The notes under the pieces: generated by a model
Told to the model about the DNA's origin: nothing
What the model saw: the letters and a program-made list of their open reading frames with translations, nothing else
Database searches by the model: none
In this document: one piece after another, positions 27,786 to 32,000 of the stretch
How positions within the stretch are numbered: the stretch's first letter is position 1
Layout: each line of letters begins with the position of its first letter
Made by a program: the position numbers and the translations under genes
DNA from: Archaeoglobus fulgidus DSM 4304
GTDB taxonomy: Archaea > Halobacteriota > Archaeoglobi > Archaeoglobales > Archaeoglobaceae
Assembly: GCF_000008665.1 (NCBI RefSeq)
Contig: NC_000917.1
Coordinates: forward strand, 1,500,001 to 1,532,000
Reading direction: 5' to 3'
Length of the DNA stretch: 32,000 nt

Positions 27786-28466
27786 TTTGGGAATCAGCGA
27801 GGCAATTTCCCTACCTAAGGCGGGTGGTGTTGTTACATCAAACTCAGCTGTGATTACCAGAGTTGGGACTTCTATTTTGGGAAGCAAGTCTTCGTAGTTT
27901 ATCCTTCCCAGTTCGGCTGTCACCTTTGTGTAAAACTCCTTGTTGTTCTTTCTGATTATAGTTTTCACCAGCTCTTTCAGCTCAGGCCTGTCTTGGTGTA
28001 TGGACATTTCCGCTATGAATTCCGCAATTTGGGTCATGTCGGGTGAGCTTTCCAGCAGCTTCAATCTCTGCTCAAACATAGCCCTTCCTGCATCTGGGAG
28101 CTTGTGGAGGGTGTTTGCCAGAACGAGAGACTTCACCATCTCCGGATACTGCCTGTAGAACTCCATGCAGACAACTCCACCCATTGAGAGGCCGAGGAGG
28201 TTTGCCCTCTCAATTCCAAGGTGGTCTATGAGGTTTTTCACGTCTCTGGCGAAGTCCTCTACGGAAATGCTTTCAGGCACGTCTGACATTCCGAATCCTC
28301 TCAAATCGAGCGCAACAACTCTGAAGTGCTTGGAGAAGTCGTCATACTGAAAAGTCCACCCCTCTATGCAGTCCCCAAGTCCGTGGATTAAGATTAAGGG
28401 CTCCCCCTCGCCGCACTCGAAGTAGCGAAGCTTCAAACCATCCGAGTCGAAAAAGCCGAATCTCAT
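27768..28466 (-). pseudogene. Alpha/beta hydrolase (carboxylesterase-like) truncated at the C-terminus by the IS
   Basis: LILIHGLGDCIEGW-type oxyanion motif, nucleophile GLSMGG and Asp region LVITAEFDVTTPP are present, but the protein ends ASLIPK|CDIPN*, with CDIPN* encoded by the IS right end. No C-terminal GH catalytic-His segment. ATG 28466 preferred; TATA TTTTTAAATA at 28486-28495 fits a leaderless start there (ORF track starts at GTG 28484). Confidence 0.8.
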
Positions 28467-28585
28467 AGCCTGAATTTTCTTCACTATTTAAAAAGCCAAT
28501 TACTTTTTTGTTTATCTATGCCTGTAACCTCTGGAGACAGCTGAAATGTCTATTTAAGCAAAAAAACAGAATATCAAGTCCTAAC

Positions 28586-29245
28586 TCATTTCAACGCCCT
28601 CAACATCCTCCAAACTTCATTCCTCTCAACAAAAATCCAGTACTTCTTCAACTCTCTCTCTGCCTCCTCGTATTCAGGATAGTAGAAGCCAACTGTTTCC
28701 CAGAAAAGCCTGCTGTGTTTTGGCTCAAGGAGATGAACAAGCTCGTGAACCACAATGTACTCTCTCAGCTTCTCTGGCAGAGCGAGAGATGCGAGGTTGA
28801 AGCTGAGGTTGCCCTTTGAGGAGCAGCTCGCCCACTTTGTCTTCTGCATCTTGATGAAGATTCTGCCGTAGTTTATGCCCAGAAGCCTTGAGTAAAAGGA
28901 GACATTTCTTTTCAGCTCCTCTCTCAAAATGCTGGCAAGATTCCTCTTCAGGTTCCTGAGGCTGTAATACTTAACCACTCCAACCTCCTCCCCCTCTTTG
29001 ATCTCGAAGCCCGAATCCTTAACGAGGTGGTAGAACTTTCCGTTAAGCAAAAGCATTCTCTCCTTACCTTTAATCTCCTCAGCCAGGCTCTCGATTTCAG
29101 CCCTCTTTTTCTTTATCCAATCAGCATGCTTGCTGATGAAGGAATCAACATCGAAATCTGGAGGAGCGACAACCCTAACCTTTCCATCTGCAAGAACCTG
29201 AATCCTCACATTCCTGACGTTTTTCCTCTCAACAACTACGTTCAT
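28586..29245 (-). CDS. YgjP-like (DUF45/M48-like) zinc metallopeptidase
   Basis: YIVVHELVHLLEPKHSRLFWETVGFYYPEYEEAERELKKY; KWASCSSKGNLSFNLASLALP. Confidence 0.88.
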   Translation of the reverse strand: MNVVVERKNVRNVRIQVLADGKVRVVAPPDFDVDSFISKHADWIKKKRAEIESLAEEIKGKERMLLLNGKFYHLVKDSGFEIKEGEEVGVVKYYSLRNLKRNLASILREELKRNVSFYSRLLGINYGRIFIKMQKTKWASCSSKGNLSFNLASLALPEKLREYIVVHELVHLLEPKHSRLFWETVGFYYPEYEEAERELKKYWIFVERNEVWRMLRALK

Positions 29246-32000
29246 GCCCCAATCTCCTCTCTCTCAGCCTGCCTTTTCAGGAATTTAACGATTTCATCCC
29301 TTGCAGTTTTAACATCCTTGAACCCGCCTCTCTCAATAAGGTAAAGCAAAACCTCCCTCTCAATTTCCTGCACAACTTCGCTCTTCTCATACCACTTCGG
29401 AAAGGTTCTCGCCTTAACAATGTCCATGATTGCCTTGGTTGCATCAACCAGCTCTCTCTCATTCGCTGCTGTTGCATGGGATTTCAGAAGTTTGAAAACG
29501 CCATATTCCTTTTCACTCAGCCTGAGCCTCTCCCTCTCCTTCCTCTCTTCATTAACTTTCTCTGCCAGTGAGAGAACTTCCCTATACACCTCATCAGCAT
29601 CTCTCCTCCTCTCGTTCCAGTCTTTAACGATCCTCTCAACTCTCGCAATCAGGTCCTCATCTCCCACTTTCCTCGCATAATTTCTTACCGGAAACAGAAT
29701 GTCGTAAATTCTTCTCTTCTCCTTCTTCTTCACTCTTTCAAGAAACTCATCGTTTATCTCAATGATGGGATAATCCTTCTTTATTCTCTGAACGTCAATG
29801 GTTTCGTGGATGAACTTCAAGGCTTCTCTGTAGAACTGATCCCTTTTCTGCTCAATCTCTGCCTCAAGCTGGTTCTCCCTCTGCAGATAGACGTGATAGA
29901 CCTCGCTGAGAAGGTCAAACTTCTCCTTGAACTCAATCCTGTCTTCGAGCAGAAGCCTGTAAAGGTTCCTTATTTCGGAATAAAGCTTTCTGAACTCGTC
30001 AGCTCTGGCAGAAATAACGAGAACGGCTCTATCAATCGTATCCCTGTCGTAGCTCAGCTCAAAATCGAAAAATCTGAAGGCTTCATCCAATTTTTTCCTT
30101 AACTCCTCCTTAAGCTCCTCTAATTCGTACGCTGCCCCCCTGATGTCCTCCTCCTCATACATCTCGAAGGCCTTCTTCAGAAACTTGAAGACTCCAACGT
30201 AATCAACAACCAGCCCAGCTCCCTTGAGGTTCTCCCCATCCTTAACAAAAGGCCTGTTGGTTCTCGCTATCGCCTGCAGCAATCTGTGCTCCTTTAATGG
30301 CTTGTCGAGGTAGAGGGTTTGCAGGATTGGAGCATCAAAGCCAGTGAGGAGCATATCCGTTACAATGAGTATTTTGGGATTCTCGTACTTTTTGAACCTC
30401 GTTATAATTTCCTCGTGAATCTCTTTTAGCTCGCTTTTGCCGTATTTTTTCCTCAACTTTTCCAGATAGTCCAGCAGTTCCTTTGAATCGTTCTGCTGGA
30501 AGGTCATCACGATTTCGGTTTCGTTTTCATTCAGGAATTTGTCCAAAGCCTGCTTGTAGTAAAGGCACGCGTTTCTGCTGACGGCAACAACCATCGCCTT
30601 GAATGGTTTAACGAATTGGATGTAGTGGCTCGCTATATCCCTCGCTATCCTCTCAATCCTCTTCTTGTCCTCCAGAATAACTTTAACCTTGTTCAGCCTC
30701 CTCTTCAGGTCCTGCTCCACCTTCTCTCTATACTCCTCAGGAATCTCCTCAAGCTTTGAGGAGAGGAAGATTTCCAGATTTTCCCTATCAAGGTGGACCT
30801 CATCGAGCCTCGACTGGAAGGCAATCTTAACGGTATAGCCATCATCTATGGAGTCGAGGATGAAGTAGCGGTCGAGGTATGGCTCGTCTGGATAGCCAAA
30901 GGCAAGGTAGGTATCTCTCCCCTTCTTTGCTATCGGCGTTCCGGTGAAGGCGAAGAAGCTTGCATTCTTCAGTATGCTCCTCATGCTTGCCGCAAGTTCC
31001 CCATATTGCGTGCGATGCCCCTCATCGATCAAGCAAACTACATCTCTCCTCTTCGCTATGCTCCAGTGCTGCTTCTCCATCTGCTCCCTCAGCTTCGCAA
31101 GCTCCTCCTCCCTGAACTTGTGTATGAGGGTTATGAAGAATCCCCGCTTGCCATCAGCATGGCTTAGAACCTCCTTGAGATGGTCAATACTCTCTATCAA
31201 CTCATAGCTTATTTTGAGGTTTTTCAGCTCATCTGAAAGCTGCTTCTGCAGCTCAACTCTATCAACTACGAAGAAGATTGAGGGATTTCCGATGAGGTCC
31301 CTTATCTTGAGGGCTGAGAAAATCATGGTCAGCGTTTTGCCCGTTCCCTGCCAGTGCCAGATTAGGCCTTTGTTCCTCTCCTCAAAGCCCTTAGCCCAGC
31401 CAACTGCCCTCTCAACGATGGAGTTAACTGCTCTGTACTGCATGTATCTCGGCAGAACCTTTGTTATCTCCCCATCCTGCTCTCTGTAAATGGTGAAGTA
31501 GCGGATGAGGTCCAAGAAAATCTCAGGCTTCAGGATGTCGAACTGAGGTTTCCACTCGTAAACCGGAACGCTCTCCTCCCACCTCACGATGGGAAAGTAA
31601 ACGAGCCTGTCAGCGAAGCTGAAACCAATCTGAACATACTTGAAAAGCTCTGGGGCTGATTGCTCATACCTCTTTATCTGAGCATAGCCTTCCTTCCAGC
31701 TTTTGGCCATCTTCTTGCACTCAATGATGGCGAGGGGGATGCCGTTAACAAAGAGGGTGATGTCCGGGATGATGTCGGCGAAGCTAACCTGCCTTGAGAA
31801 GACGAGGCTGTTGGCTTCAGGGTTTGCGTAATCTATCAGCTTTATGGTCTTAAGGATGCCTTCTGAATCCTTTATTGTTACTCCCTTCTTTATCGCATCC
31901 AGAATTTGCATTGAGCCCTCAACGTCAAAGGAGCGGGTTTCGAGGTAGTTCAAAACCTCCTTGATATCCTCATCATCCACATCGTTCAGCCTTTTTAATG
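29242..32000 (-). CDS. hsdR: Type I restriction endonuclease R subunit (HsdR), N-terminus beyond window
   Basis: PDITLFVNGIPLAIIECK nuclease motif, GLIWHWQGTGKTLTMIFSA Walker A, DEGHRTQYGELAASM, FTGTPI, LIVTDMLLTGFDAP. Frame remains open to the window edge (upstream codons LKRLNDV), so the GTG at 31980 is probably not the true start. Confidence 0.93.
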   Translation of the reverse strand, partial: LKRLNDVDDEDIKEVLNYLETRSFDVEGSMQILDAIKKGVTIKDSEGILKTIKLIDYANPEANSLVFSRQVSFADIIPDITLFVNGIPLAIIECKKMAKSWKEGYAQIKRYEQSAPELFKYVQIGFSFADRLVYFPIVRWEESVPVYEWKPQFDILKPEIFLDLIRYFTIYREQDGEITKVLPRYMQYRAVNSIVERAVGWAKGFEERNKGLIWHWQGTGKTLTMIFSALKIRDLIGNPSIFFVVDRVELQKQLSDELKNLKISYELIESIDHLKEVLSHADGKRGFFITLIHKFREEELAKLREQMEKQHWSIAKRRDVVCLIDEGHRTQYGELAASMRSILKNASFFAFTGTPIAKKGRDTYLAFGYPDEPYLDRYFILDSIDDGYTVKIAFQSRLDEVHLDRENLEIFLSSKLEEIPEEYREKVEQDLKRRLNKVKVILEDKKRIERIARDIASHYIQFVKPFKAMVVAVSRNACLYYKQALDKFLNENETEIVMTFQQNDSKELLDYLEKLRKKYGKSELKEIHEEIITRFKKYENPKILIVTDMLLTGFDAPILQTLYLDKPLKEHRLLQAIARTNRPFVKDGENLKGAGLVVDYVGVFKFLKKAFEMYEEEDIRGAAYELEELKEELRKKLDEAFRFFDFELSYDRDTIDRAVLVISARADEFRKLYSEIRNLYRLLLEDRIEFKEKFDLLSEVYHVYLQRENQLEAEIEQKRDQFYREALKFIHETIDVQRIKKDYPIIEINDEFLERVKKKEKRRIYDILFPVRNYARKVGDEDLIARVERIVKDWNERRRDADEVYREVLSLAEKVNEERKERERLRLSEKEYGVFKLLKSHATAANERELVDATKAIMDIVKARTFPKWYEKSEVVQEIEREVLLYLIERGGFKDVKTARDEIVKFLKRQAEREEIGA

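Noticed and set aside
29437-29680. Serine/leucine-rich ORF opposite hsdR (SLSLSLSLSLSFLSS)
   Set aside because: Reflects a GAG/AGG-rich (Glu/Arg) coding stretch in hsdR read in antisense, not an independent gene or a functional repeat.
1-32000. CRISPR array, tRNA or rRNA genes
   Set aside because: No regularly spaced 24-40 nt direct repeats and no tRNA cloverleaf or rRNA-like segment noticed on reading; a tRNAscan-SE or CRISPR finder run would be needed to exclude a cryptic one.

Overview
The window looks like a contiguous piece of an Archaeoglobus (very probably A. fulgidus) chromosome. This is inferred from the partial AprA, the Sir2-Af1-type sirtuin, GGR-style leaderless promoters and an exactly 963-bp IS element. 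No database search was run. The left and right thirds are mostly housekeeping or metabolic: adenylylsulfate reductase, phenylacetate-CoA ligase, ACT protein, K+ channel, glycerol-1-phosphate dehydrogenase, sirtuin, TruD, AIR synthase, TrpRS, ketopantoate reductase and a four-subunit pyruvate:ferredoxin oxidoreductase. The most unusual part is ~7.9-16 kb. It holds (i) a tightly coupled two-gene cassette of a DUF5343-like protein and a HEPN-like protein with an RNECAH motif, transcribed divergently from a VapBC pair; (ii) an orphan MNT nucleotidyltransferase antitoxin followed by a 22-codon ORF that resembles a truncated HepT N-terminus; (iii) a second VapBC; and (iv) a secreted pectinacetylesterase/Notum-like hydrolase. 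At ~26.8-27.8 kb a complete 963-bp IS has truncated an alpha/beta hydrolase, removing its expected C-terminal catalytic His region. The window ends in a type I restriction HsdR gene coupled to a YgjP-like zinc metallopeptidase. The DUF5343-HEPN pair is my best candidate for an under-described system. Its function is not established by the sequence alone.
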